64,000 nt of DNA, taken from Squalus acanthias. Lineage: Eukaryota. The notes beneath the pieces are model-generated. The model was not told the origin of the DNA. It ran no database searches and saw only the letters and a list, made by a program, of their open reading frames with translations. How positions within the stretch are numbered: position 1 is the first letter of the stretch; each line of letters starts with the position of its first letter. The stretch lies in the NCBI GenBank assembly GCA_030390025.1, contig CM059432.1:143098001-143162000 (forward strand), in the 5' to 3' direction. Position numbers and translations under genes: made by a program. Below are positions 11,480-23,320 of the stretch, piece after piece.

Positions 11480-11928
11480 CTGCTGCCCGTATCCTAACTC
11501 ACACCAAGTCCCGTTCACCCATCACCCCTGTGCTCGCTGACCTACATTAAGTAACGCCTCGATTTTAAAATTCTCATCCTTGTTTTCAAATCCCTCCGTG
11601 GCTTCGCCCCTGTAACCTTCTCCGGCCCTACAACCCTCCGAGATCTCTGTGCTCCTCCAATACTGGCCTCTTGAGCATCCCCGGTTTTAATCGTTCCACC
11701 ATCGGTGGCCGTGCCTTCAGCTGCCTGGGCCCTAAGCTCTGGAATTCCCTCCCTAAACCTCTCCACCTCTCTACCTCTCTCTCCTCCTTTAAGATGCTCC
11801 TTATCCACCCTAATATCCCCTTACATGGCTCGGTGCCAAATTTTGTTTGATAACACTCCTGTGAAGCACCTTGGGACGTTTTACTACATTAAAGGCGCTA
11901 TATAAATGCAAGTTGTTGTTGTTGTTGT
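11480..11928 (+). mobile_element. L2-clade LINE 3' fragment
   Basis: 'tcccgttcacccatcacccctgtgctcgctgacctaca...ggccgtgccttcagctgcctgggccctaagctctggaattccctccc...aaaggcgctatataaatgcaag(ttg)n'. Confidence 0.8.
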
Positions 11929-12739
11929 CAACCTTAAATACCTCACACCAGAAATCAAGCCGGATCCTAACTCCTGGTTCACACTGGATCTTTACTGTTT
12001 TTCTCTAAATGGCATTTGTTTCTATTAAATAGACTTCCTGCACTAGTTATTATTTTATTAATTTACTTTCAGCATGAGTCTGAAGATGGATAATTGCTTT
12101 AATTGCTTCACTTACCAGAAGAGGCATCAGAATAAATTATCTTTCAATTAGCATTACTTTAGCGGTCTGCAGTACATTTATGTGGGCTGTATGCCTTTGA
12201 AAGTTGCGAGTTAAAAAAATAAATGTGAGACCAAAAAGTCACAGCCTCAAAAAAATGTATTCCCCACCCACCAGCTTGTAATTATTTTTTATCTCTTCCC
12301 TTTCAGGTTCTCTACCCTATTGCGCATCTATCCTTTATACTCCATTCCCTAGCTGGGAGGATAAAAATGCATCTACTCTCAAGTCTCGGTTGCTACCTCT
12401 CTTGAACAAGATGCTACAAAGTGCAAAATAGTTCAGAATGTAGAACCAGGAGGAGGCCATTCAGCCCCTCGAGCCTGTTCTGCAATTCAGTTAGATCACG
12501 GCTGATCTGTACCCCAGCTCCATTTACCCGTCTTTGCACCTGACCCCTCGATACCCTTACCCAATAAAAATCTGTCTATCTCAGTCTTGAAAGCTCCAAT
12601 TGACCCCCAACATCCACAGCCTTTTGGAGCGAGAGTTCCAGATTTCCACCACCCTCTGCGTGAAAAAGTGCTTCCTCATTTCACCCCTGAACGGCCTAGC
12701 TCTAATTTTAAGATTATGTCCCCTTGTTCTGGACTCTCT

Positions 12740-13503
12740 GGGCTGGACTTTCAATGACCCATGGAGTCGGGTTTGGAGGCGTGTGGGGGGTTAAATTTGC
12801 GGGGTCGGGGGTCCCGACCCCATCTTGACTCCATTCTGCCTCCACGCAATTTTGACAAAATCGGTCGCGGGGTTCCCGACTCCGTCCCGCCTCCAAGAGG
12901 CGGGAGAGGCCATTAAAGCCCTTAACACGCCCAAAATTGGCTCTGTAATGCCATTTTGAAACGTTTTAGCTAGTTTAACCCTTTTCCGACGTGAAGTACG
13001 CCTGATGTGAAACACGCCAGTGAAACCTGGTGGGAGCACAAGTGGATAGCTGACTATCAGCTGCAGGTCCGCTATTATAACGGAGATGTGATGAAGGTAG
13101 TAGTAGTATTGTGATGAAGGTAGTAGTAGTATTAGGTGTGAAAGTCGCCTCTGATACTGCTGCATTGAATGTCTTCAGAGACTGCCTGAGAGGACTTGGT
13201 TGCAAAAAAAATTCTCTCTCTCTCTCTCTCTCTGAGATGCTGCTCATTTTGCATCCAGGTCCTCTCACAGCAAAGGCCAGGCAATCTCTGAGACCAGGCA
13301 GTCTCTGACCTGCAATGATGACATCATCAGAGGCGACTTTCAGACTGAAACCACTAATTGGTTCATGGGTTCCCACATGCTGGAACTCAATTGCCCAATT
13401 AAGTGAAAATTCCATCATTCTCCCACATCCAATTGCAGACGGGTGGATAACACGAAATGCGGATGACACGACCCCAACCCGCCCCAGTATCAAAATCCAG
13501 CCC
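12740..13503. mobile_element. Non-autonomous PIF/Harbinger-type element
   Basis: Terminal inverted repeats (TIRs) GGGCTGGA...TCCAGCCC. Subterminal GGCGGG/CCCGCC motifs are shared with the neighbouring Harbinger family. Confidence 0.65.
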
Positions 13504-13566
13504 ATCTACTCTATCGAATCCTTTTAACATTTTAAACACCTCAATCAGATCACCCCCTCAACCTTC

Positions 13567-14442
13567 AGCCGTGATTTTGCCGGCGCTCAGAGGGCGGGTT
13601 TGGAGGCGGGTCAAAGGGTAAAATCGTTTTGGTTGATGGCGGGTTGTGATCCCGCCGTCAACCTGCCTCCAAACAATTTTCCTAAGTGTCGGGTCCCCGA
13701 TTTGCGCGTGGACCCGACACCTAGCGGCGGGAAGAGGATTAAAGGCAATTACCTGCCTATTAACAGGTAGTTGCTAGTAGTTGACAGGCTATTTTTGACT
13801 TTTGCCGCTTCTGCCTCGGGTTTCCCGATGTCCGGACACCACGCCAGGTAAGTGTGGCGTGTTGTGAGTCTGCTGTAGTGTTTCTGGATTGATGACAGCT
13901 GCAGAAGTGGTGTGAACAATCCAATGTTGCACTGGTGAGACTCAGAGGTAAGAAAATGTTGGGAAATGCATTTTTAATACATTTACACTTTTCTTTAGCT
14001 TACAAGTTTTGAAATCCATGTCCAGTGCCACCTCATTGGGAGAACCTCTCTCACCAGTGACAGATCGCTTCTGACAGCTCACATGCAGCTGCCATCTATT
14101 CCAGCCTATGGAGGGAGTCATTGGAGAGCCTGGGTGCAAGAGGTGACCTTTGTGCAGTGATTGTCAGTGTTTGCAGCACCTCAATGCTGTCAAAAACTGA
14201 AAAATCAACTGTCAAAAAAATATTGAGCGTGGTCCCTTTAAGAAAACCGACAGATGACGCATCATCAAATGACGTCATCTGACCGGCTTCCTCTTAATTG
14301 GCCGGCAAACCCGCAGGGCGGTCTTAACAAGGTCAATCAACGTAAAATCACGTCTGTGGGCCGGATGCAGCTGGAGACGGGACTGGAAGCCGGAAACCAC
14401 CTGACCCGCACCCAACCCGCCTCCATTGATAAAATCGCGGCC
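13567..14442. mobile_element. Internally deleted derivative of the 16367-19022 Harbinger family
   Basis: Ends 'gccgtgattttgccggcgctcagagggcggg' and 'aaaatcgcggcc'. The internal sequence joins the left and right arms of the longer copy at about 14105. Confidence 0.75.
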
Positions 14443-14747
14443 GAACTCAATGTAGTACAAACCTAGTTTATGCAACCAGTCCTCAAAATTGAACCCTTTT
14501 AGCCATAGTACCATTCTGGTTATTGAGTCTCTCTCTGAATTTCCTTTTCATTTCTGAAGAAATGACTCACATCTAACTGTTCCCAGGTACGTTAAACACA
14601 CTGCCTCATTGAGCAGGCAGTAAAATAATTCCATATTTCAGTTTCTGACTGTCAAATTGCAATGCCTAACCGTTATTTTAATAGGCTTCCCGGTGACATG
14701 GCAAGCTTTACCGAGTGAGTATACACAAAGGACCCGGGTTTGGTCCA

Positions 14748-15275
14748 TAGGAACATAGGAACAGGAGTGAGCCATTCAGCCCCTCGAGCCTGCTCTGCCA
14801 TTCAATGAGATCATGGCTGATCTGTACCTTAACTCCATCCACTTGCCTTGGCTCCATATCCTTTTATACCCTTGTCTAGCAAAAATCTATCGATCTCAGA
14901 TTTAAAGTTATTACTTGAGCTAGCATCGACTGCTTTCTGTGGGAGAGAGTTCCACACTTCTGCCACCCTTTGTGTGAAGAAGTGTTTCCTAACTTCTCTC
15001 CTGAATGGCCTGGCTCTGATTTTAAGGTTATGTCCCCCTTGTCCTAGACTCCCCCACCAGCAGGAAAAGGTTTCTCTCCATCTACCCTATCAATTCCTTT
15101 CAAAATCCTAAAAACCTCAATCAAATCACCTCTTAACCATCTATATTCCAGGGAATACAAGCCCAGTTTATGCAATCTCTCCTTATAATCTAACCCTTGG
15201 AGCCCTGGTAACATTCTGGTGAATCTGCGCTGCACTCCTTCCAAGACCAATATATCCTTTCTAAGGTGCGGTGCC
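14748..15275 (-). mobile_element. CR1 3' fragment
   Basis: '[33 protein letters not shown]' and a reverse CATAGGAA tail. Confidence 0.85.
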
Positions 15276-16366
15276 TTATTATTATTTTCCCTGGTTGTGC
15301 GGATTTATGTAATCTCGGGCAAGTCTGCAGTAAGGGAACTACAAACGACTTCACCATCCCTGGGTTAACGAGACAGAAACACCCCAGCTCCTGTTCCTGA
15401 TTTTTATCCAATGAATCCTACTGGAATTTAATCTGCGTCGATTCTGGGTAAGGATAGAGCTGGGTTCGTTTGTGATGCCCTTGTAGGTGAATAGTACCCC
15501 CACCACCCCCCCCCCCCGCCCACCCCCCCAACCCTCACTGTGAAGGCTCACACTTGAATAATGGCTATTTTGGGCAAGGTAATAGTGGATGCCTATGGAG
15601 CTGTAACCCCAATAAGGAGTCAAAGCCTTCAAGAAGGGGAGGGCTAAAAAAAGAGGGAAAAAAATCTTTTAAAAAACCCAGATGATTTAAAAAGGAAATG
15701 TCCAAAAATTGCATTCATTTAAACTACAAGTCATAACTGTCAGTTTCAAGCCAGTATTTGAAACTCTTAAAGCTATCGATGGAATAAGATGAAAGACTGA
15801 AAGTCACGCTTGCGGGCTGAACAGAGAGAAGAACAGAAGTTCTTCAAGGTGGGCATTCCTAGAAGAGAAGTGGCAGCGAATTAAACAATTCAGTGCGCAA
15901 GCGTGACCCCGAGCTTCCAGTCACCTGTCACTTTAATTCTCTGCTCCACTCCCACTCTGATCTCTTACACTGTTCCAACGAAGTTCAACGTAAGCTCGAG
16001 GAGCAGCACCTCATCTTTCGATTAGGCACTTTACAACCTTCTGATCTCAACATCGAGTTCAACAATTTCAGACTATAACCTCTGCCCCTATTTTTTCACA
16101 TGGCAGCTGTTGATGATTCTGCTATTCCCATTTACACCTCCCCTCGACCCATCTTTTGTTTCTTAACTTGTCCCCCATTACCATCTCCTTTTGCTTTGTA
16201 CAATCCTCCCTTTTGTCATTTAATCTCCTGCTTTCCACCCTATCACAGACCTTCCGTTTTGTTCTTTCCTTCCCTCCTCCCCTTTCCCTGCCCCTGCACT
16301 TGCTTAAAACCTATTACATCTCGAACTTTTTCCAGTTCTGATGAAAGGTCATCGACCTGAAACATT

Positions 16367-19022
16367 GGCCGCGATTTTGCCGGCACTCAGAGGGCAGGTT
16401 CGGAGGCGGGTCAGCTGTTAAATTCAAAATGATTGACGGCGGGTTGTCAACCGACTGCGATCCCACTTCCGTGTGAGTTTCAAGGGTGTCGGGTCTGCAA
16501 TCTCAGAACAGACCCGACACCAAGCAGCGGGTGAGGGATTTAAGACACTTAGGGGGAGAAATTCAGTATCGTCCCATTTGGGGCGCAATTATCGGCCGGG
16601 CGCAAAGATTAGCGCCTGGCGCTAATTATCGCCTCCGACTGCAAACTTGACTTTTATCGCCCCTGGAGCTGATTGGAGCGCTAAATCAGGCGCTACACAT
16701 CTGTCTTAAAGCGCAAAGGCCGAGGAGCGAGGCGCTACCTCAGAGCGCTGGCAAAGCTCATGTGATGACAGTCAGCAATGGAACACAGACACAATGGCGC
16801 CGGCCAGTTCTTAAAGGGGAGGGTCGATCTTGCTTTCCATCCACACCCTGCTCATTGCACCCTTGAATCTCGGCCTGGAGAGACCTGTACATCAAATCTG
16901 CTGGAAAGAACAATGGAGAGGCCCAGGGAAAGAGCTCAGACTGCAGCCCCCACAGTCTCTTCTAAATCGATAAAAGGAAGGGCAAATCAAAATGAACCTG
17001 CAAAGTGCTGCTCAGTACCCAAAACTCCTTCACACAGAGTTGAATCTCTCCAGAAGTCTCTCTCTCTCTCAGAATGCATGGTTCAAAAATGTCACCAACA
17101 AAAAAAGGCAGGAAGCGGTCGCCTTTAAATAGTGCTCCCCCAGTCCCTTCCTGACCACAAAACACTCCCCTCAACCTGTCGTTGCTAGCGGCAGGCGGTA
17201 AGGCAGGGGGCGCCACTCAATATCTGCTCCGGGGCGCTACCGGGGTGTTGCGCACTCGACTGATGTCACGATCTGCCGGCGCAGGAGATCGTGGCGGTAG
17301 TGTTTAGTGCCGCCACAAAATATCTAGTTAATTTCGCGAGCGGCGCAAACATCGCCGCGCCCGGGTGCTAGTTGCTTTGCGCCCCATTAGTGCCCTCTTA
17401 AGGCGCTAACGGGAGGCGCAACCAACTGAATTTTTCCCCCTTAGCTCCTTGTTAAGTGCTATTTGACAGCCTTTTCATATTTTCCCACATTTTAAATGGG
17501 TTTCACGATGTTCGGAGATCCTGTCAGTTAAGTATGTCAGGAGTAACAGCGAGCTGCATAGTTCACAGCTGCAACTGCAGTATAAAAACTGAACTCTCAC
17601 ATCAGTTCACTTTCAAATGTCAGAGGTGTCTGATTTCAGGATTTGGATGACACATTTGATCTGTCTGGAGGCTGTAAGTGTGTGGTGTTAACTCTATATG
17701 CACTGTTACCTCCTTGGAGCAAGCTCTCTGACTATTGACAGATCGCTTCTGCCATCTCAACTTCAGCTGCCATCTATTCCAGCAACATGAAAAAATCTCA
17801 CCTTGGTCCTCTGAATCCCTCCACGATCAGCCCCAACACCAACACCAACATCACCAGGCACACCAGCAGCACCAGCAACAACACCAACCTTCTCCGCAAT
17901 CACCTGATGCTGCACAGGACACAGGGCATCAGCACCCAAGTACATTGCTGCCCGGGAGGCCAGCGATGGTCTCACCATGACCAGATTTATTTCACTTGAC
18001 GCTGTACACCCTGGCTGCCACATGATGCGCCAGGTTAGCACCACCCCACACCAACATCATAACACATTCCTACAATGACCAAGCCGTTCCTTTCACACTC
18101 ATTACCATTGCAGGGGATAATATTATGTCTCACCATTCACTGCAACTCACAAAGACATTTCCAAAGGTGAACACAGATCTGTACAATAAGGCAAAGTGTT
18201 GAAAATAAAGATTTCAATATTTGACAACTCATTAACAGAAAATTTACATGAACATTGCATAACACACCCAAGTGCTTACCCTTGTGTGTTGTTAGTTGTT
18301 ATGATTGGACTCGGATGAGGGTGAGTGTGAGGGTTGGCTAGTGAGATGGGGAAGTGATAATGTAGATAGAGAGGGATGGGTGGAGGTGCAAGGTAAGTTG
18401 GTGTGAATAAGAATGTGCAGGAGTAGGGTAGGGAAGACAGAGTGATGGGGATGTGATGAGTGGCACAGCAGGATGAGGTTGAGTGTGGCTTTGTACTAAC
18501 ATTTCGTGATCTACTGAGATCATTGAAAGGTTTGTGCCACTGCAGCCAGGGACCCCTGACGACATCCCTGCTTTTACCCTCCTGTGCAATGTGCAACCAG
18601 GCTGCGTTGGTGTCCTGGGGAGGTCTCTTCTGCCCATGGGAAGGGAAGAGAACCTCCCTGCATCCTGTGACTCCCTCCATATGCATATGGATTGAGTCAT
18701 GGGAGAGCCTGGGTGCAGCCCTGCACCTTTGTGCAGTGCTTGTCAGTGTTTGCAGCACCTCAATGCTTGTAGAACACTGACAGCACAACTGTCAAAATCA
18801 ATGTGGCTGTGGTCCCTTTAAGGAAACCGGCTGATGATGCATCATCAAATGAGGTCATCAGACCCGCTTCCTATTATTTGGTCAGGAGCCCCGCAGGGCA
18901 GGCTTAACTCGGCCAATCTACGGAAAATCATTTTCAGAGAGCGGCTGCAGATGGGAGCGGGACCGGAACCCGCCAACCAGCTCTCCCACCGCCATCCCGC
19001 CTCCGCAGGGAAAATCCTGCCC
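16367..19022 (-). mobile_element. PIF/Harbinger DNA transposon, non-autonomous, with Myb/SANT-like remnant
   Basis: 12-bp imperfect TIRs GGCCGCGATTTT and AAAATCCTGCCC. The minus-strand ORF 18276-18788 contains 'AAPRLSHDS...REVLFP...AAW..IAQE......W.Q..KPFNDL'. Confidence 0.8.
16552..17440. mobile_element. GC-rich Harbinger MITE nested in the Harbinger element, TTA TSD
   Basis: tta|GGGGGAGAAATTCAG ... CTGAATTTTTCCCCC|tta, with many GGCGCTA/TAGCGCC motifs. Confidence 0.85.
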
Positions 19023-19779
19023 TTAAACTTTGTTTCTCTCTCCACAGATGCTGCCTGACCGGCTGAGTATTTCCAGCATTTTTTGTTTTTATTTTACCTA
19101 CACAATTTTCACTTTATGCCAAAGTAATTGTATGTGTAGAACTTTGAGACCCTACTGAGAATTGTGATAAGGCACTAAATACTGGAAAATAATTGAAATC
19201 CTAAAATTCCCATGGAAATTAGTGAGCCTCAACCTTTCATCAGCAGGTTGAATTGTTTACTGATTAATCATTTTACCAGAAAAGAAAAACAGTGGTTTTG
19301 TTTCAGAGATTTTGTGCAATCACTTGACTCATTGAATTGTTTATCTCAGACAAGCATATTAATCTATTTAGTCATTTCAATCACACTGAAAGACTGTTAG
19401 TATTTCACTTGGCCTTGCTACACTCTCCTGTCAGCAGCTGTGAGTCAATAGGGAAGCAATATCAATTTTTCTGATTGTGCACGATTCATAATTCATGTTA
19501 ACCTTCAACAATGGAAGGGCTTGTCTTTGAAAGTTGGCAAGAACAACCAAGCAGTGCCGAGAAAATCCCATTGTGTTGCTTCTGTTAGGAGCGATTCTTT
19601 ATTGTAGTCAGTGTGTTCATCGGTTCACCTGTCAGTGAGTTACAATATTGGCCCCGAGGTCTTGAAAGGCACTATAGAAATACAAGTCTTTCTCTTTTTT
19701 AGTGCGTTGGTGGGTTCGGTCAGAACTCGCTGCTAGTTCCACTCAGCTTTGCTCAAAATATCAGCTTGCAATGGCGACA

Positions 19780-20480
19780 TGGATTTACTGATGGGAATCT
19801 CTCTGTTGTTTACTTGTGAAGAGGAGGAGGAGGAGGGCATGGAAGTGGCTAGGTTGGAGGCTTTTAGAGGGAGGCTTCGTAGAAGGTGTCTTTTTCCATC
19901 AAGCACATACCCACTCACTAGGGTCCATAGACCAAATTATTTAGACTTTCTGTCCATCAGGGCCTCAGTAGGCTTCCCCCTGCTCCCCCACCCACTATTC
20001 TCCGGAGGTTAGTGGGGAAATATATCAACTGCTGGCTGAAGATCTACAGTCCACTTCCCTCATGAGAACAGAAACATCCGTACCAGTCAAGGTCACCGCT
20101 GCCTTGAATTTCTTTGCCACTGGATCCTTCCAGGCAGCATCTGGTGTCCTTTGCCACATTAGTGAAGCAGCAATGCACCATTGTATAAATAAGGTCACTG
20201 ACTGTCTATTCAGTAGGGCTATGCAATTTGTATTCTTCCCAATTGAATCAGACAAAGAGAGGGAGCGATATCTTGTTCTACAGATGGGCGGGATTCCCAC
20301 ATGTGCAAGGAGCAACTGACAGAGTATACGTACCACACAAAGCCCGATTGACAGGCCCCCTCAGTTTTATGAATGGGAAAAGCTTCCATTCGATTAATGT
20401 GCAACTTTTCTGCGATGCCGGTTACCTCATTCTGGCACATCTCTGCAAAGTACCCAGGAAGCTGCTGTGACCTTTTCAGC
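19780..20480 (+). pseudogene. PIF/Harbinger (HARBI1-like) DDE transposase remnant
   Basis: 'RTETSVPVKVTAALNFFATGSFQAASG.LCHISEAAMHHCI.KVTD.LF.RA' followed, after a frameshift, by 'AGFPHVQGATD...FMNGKSFHSINVQLFCDA'. Confidence 0.85.
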
Positions 20481-21545
20481 ATGTGAGAATCCAGCCCCGA
20501 CGACTGAAAGATACATATCGGGATGGTTGATTGCCAATCAAGGCTTGTGACTTCAGTAAGGCAGGTGGAAGTGTTCTATAAAAGCAGCTGCGGCACCACC
20601 GTTAGCCAGTGGGCAAGCCTCATGCTTCAGTTTAACAGCGCCTCCCCATCTGGTTTCTGCAAGGTTTGGGGAGTTAAAATTCCCCGCTCCATCAGTGTGA
20701 TGGTGAAGTGTTGATGCTCATCGTGAAACTGTGCAAATTTATTTTTTATAGCTATATAAAAAAAAGGCTCCTTCTAAGATAATAGTGAGGGAAATCAGTG
20801 TTCCTTTAGGCTGTGTTAAATTATTCAGTGAGGTGAAGGTTATATTGTGTGATGAATTGTAGCCGTATAAGGGAGAAATTAAGAAATCTAAATAACTTTC
20901 TGTATCCAATGTTTTCACACTGTTTGGATCTGAGTTAGATAAAGTCATTAATCATGCAATTCTCATCCTCTTGGTGGGTCTCTAGCTCATCAATCAGATG
21001 TTCCCCTACTCTTCAGTCTGTTGCTATGGTAGTATATTTATTTTGGGAAAAATAAATTATGAAGCAAGAGTTACCATTGGGTCCTTTTATTCAAAATAAT
21101 GTGACATCACTTCTTATTTGCTGAATCATCCTTCCTTTCACCTTTCTCCTTCCACCGTCCCTTTGATACAAGTAGGATATTAGATATGTACATGGATATA
21201 ATCATGAATGTGTCTATGACATCTGGGGACCAGAAATTGTTAGGATTTGCAATTCTGAGTGAGAGGTGCTCTTAGTGTTCATCGCCATGTCTAGAGTAAT
21301 ATAAAAAAAAGAACTTGCATTTCTATAGCGCCGTTCACAACCTCAGGATGTCCCAACGCGCTTTTACAGCCAATGGCGTACTTTTGAAGCGTAGTCACTG
21401 TTGCAATGTGCGAAACAACTTCTGCTAGTTTTTCTTAAAAGATTTCAGTAAATTCTCTCCCTCTCCTTTGGAAAAACTTCCACTTTGAAGGGTATTTATA
21501 ATATTTGTAGCTACAGCTGTACTCAGCCCTTGGTAGCTTATGTGT

Positions 21546-21999
21546 CAGTCGTGGCTCAGTGGGTAGCACACTCGCCTCTGAGTCAGACGGTCGTGGGTTC
21601 AAGTCCCACTTCAGGGACTTGAGCACAAAAATCTAGGCTGACGCTCCCAGTGCAGTACGGAGGGTGTGCTGCACTGTCGGAGGTGCCGTCTTTCGGATGA
21701 GACGTTAAACCGAGGCCCCGTCTGCTCTCACAGGTGGACATAAAAGATCCCATGGCCACTATTTCGAAGAAGAGCAGGGGAGTTCTCCCTGGTGTCCTGG
21801 CCAATATTTATCCCTCAATCAACATCACTAAAACAGGCTATCTGGTCATTATCACATTGTTGTTTGTGGGAGCTTGCTGTGTGCAAATTACCCATAGTAC
21901 AACAGTGATTACACTCTAAAAGTACTTCATTGGCTGTAAAGCGCTTTGAGATGTCTGGTGGTTGTGAAAGGTGCTATATAAATGCAAGTCTTTCTTCTT
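21546..21999 (+). mobile_element. DeuSINE (SacSINE1-like), near full length
   Basis: Same head, body and tail as 7685-8095. A reverse tail-only fragment lies at about 21303-21415. Confidence 0.9.
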
Positions 22000-22109
22000 T
22001 GACCACACCTGGAGTACTGTGTTCAGTTCTGGGCACCACACCTTAGGAAGGATATATTGGCCATGGAGGGAGTGCAGCGTAGGTTTACCAGAATAACACC
22101 TGGGTGGTA

Positions 22110-23320
22110 GGGGGAATTCGTGTTCACCGGTGCAGTTAACGGTTGCTGGAAATGGCCGCAATGCTAAGCGAGTGAAATTGGTCTGGGAGGGCATGGAGAT
22201 AGGTGCCTTCCGTGCAACGCTGTCCTGGTGGCGTTGCTGGAGGGATCCGGGACGAAGTTCCTGTCCAGGTCCGGTGTTGCAGCTTCCCACAGCCTCTGGG
22301 AGCGAGGCTGTGGAGCTCGCAGGGAATTGTGGGCAATGAAGAGGTCTGAGAATTAAAGGGGCCACGCACACTGAAGCAATACAAAATAAAATGCAATAAA
22401 TCAATAAATTTTTCAGCCCTTCCTGCCTTTTAAGAAATATTCAATATTTAAAAGAAGTTCCAAATGTGAATATTCAGCTGTTAAAGCTGAATTACCTTCC
22501 TAACCTCAACAAATGGGAAAACTGCCTCAGCACTAACACAAATGGCTCAGCAAGCCAGGGAAGGGGGCACCCAGGGTCTGGCACGCAGCACTCCAGCCTT
22601 GTGCAGGGGGTCAACACTGCAAGAGAGATCCTCTACCCACAGGGGCCAGGAGGCCCTCCAGAAAGAATGATGTGGGACCAGATCACCGAGGCTGTCACTG
22701 CCAGCAGTGTCGCCCCCACCACCTGGCTCCAGCGCTCAAAGAAGCTTCATGACCTCAGACCAGTGGTCAAGGTCAGTGAATGCATCTTCAAAAGCCGTCA
22801 CCTACCAACTGCACCACTAGCTTCACACACTGCTCAATGCACAACCGCCAATCACTCACCTACCAACAATCTGCACCAATGACAAGGCACATCTCCCATC
22901 CCTAGCCTCACTTCACCCCCTTGGAGGAGACGGTGCAGGCCATTCTTGGCAGGAGCATGGTTGAGCCCTTGGCCAACGGCGGGGCTGAAAGGATACAAGA
23001 TGCTGGTATCCTCGTACGTTATCCTCCTTCTCGCATGCACCTCTTGCTCTCCTGCCCTCCCGTCAGCACAACTCCACCCTTGTGCCTTCCTCATTTCACA
23101 CACCCAAGAAATGCAGCCTGCCCAGCCAGTGGGTCAACAAGAAGAGTCAGCCTGCCCAGCCAGTGGGTCAACAAGAAGAGTCAGCCTGTCCAGCCAGTGG
23201 GACTGCAGGCAGAGGATTTCATCCCGGATATCCCGGCCACAAAGGGGCTGTCTGGGATGCATCCTTCCGTCTGATTCCTCCTCTTCTGCGTCTTCCTCTT
23301 CCCTCTGCAAGCGGATGCTG
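22110..23320 (+). mobile_element. Decayed Harbinger element: Myb/SANT remnant on + and a possible transposase acidic C-terminus on -
   Basis: Plus strand: 'LVQGVNTAREILYPQ...MWDQITEAVTASSVAPTTWLQRSKKLHDL' then caag|gtcagt. Minus strand: 'EEEDAEEEE...GRDIRDEIL'. Confidence 0.6.
23114..23201. repeat. 34-bp tandem repeat, about 2.5 copies
   Basis: CAGCCTGCCCAGCCAGTGGGTCAACAAGAAGAGT units start at 23114, 23148 and 23182. Confidence 0.9.

Larger units (their letters stand above)
12432..14520 (-). mobile_element. CR1 3' fragment split by two Harbinger-type insertions (pieces ~12432-12738, 13504-13566, 14443-14520)
   Basis: Colinear reverse-strand CR1 3' sequence resumes after each insert. Confidence 0.7.
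15890..19095 (+). mobile_element. PLE family B 3' fragment (GIY-YIG C-terminus, pLTR and hammerhead), split by a Harbinger insertion (pieces ~15890-16366 and 19023-19095)
   Basis: 'LPVTCHFNS..HS.SDL..CSNEVQRKLEEQHLIFRLGTLQP.DLNIEFNNF'. The sequence 'ttCTGATGAaaggtcatcgacctGAAAc' at 16336-16363 continues as 'ttaaactttgtttctctctccacagatgctgcc' at 19023. Confidence 0.8.

Noticed and set aside
19780..20480. Host HARBI1 gene
   Set aside because: It is frameshifted and truncated with in-frame stops, consistent with a decayed transposon.
21546..21625. tRNA genes at the SINE heads
   Set aside because: The A/B boxes run directly into the DeuSINE body in every copy, and no complete cloverleaf is evident.
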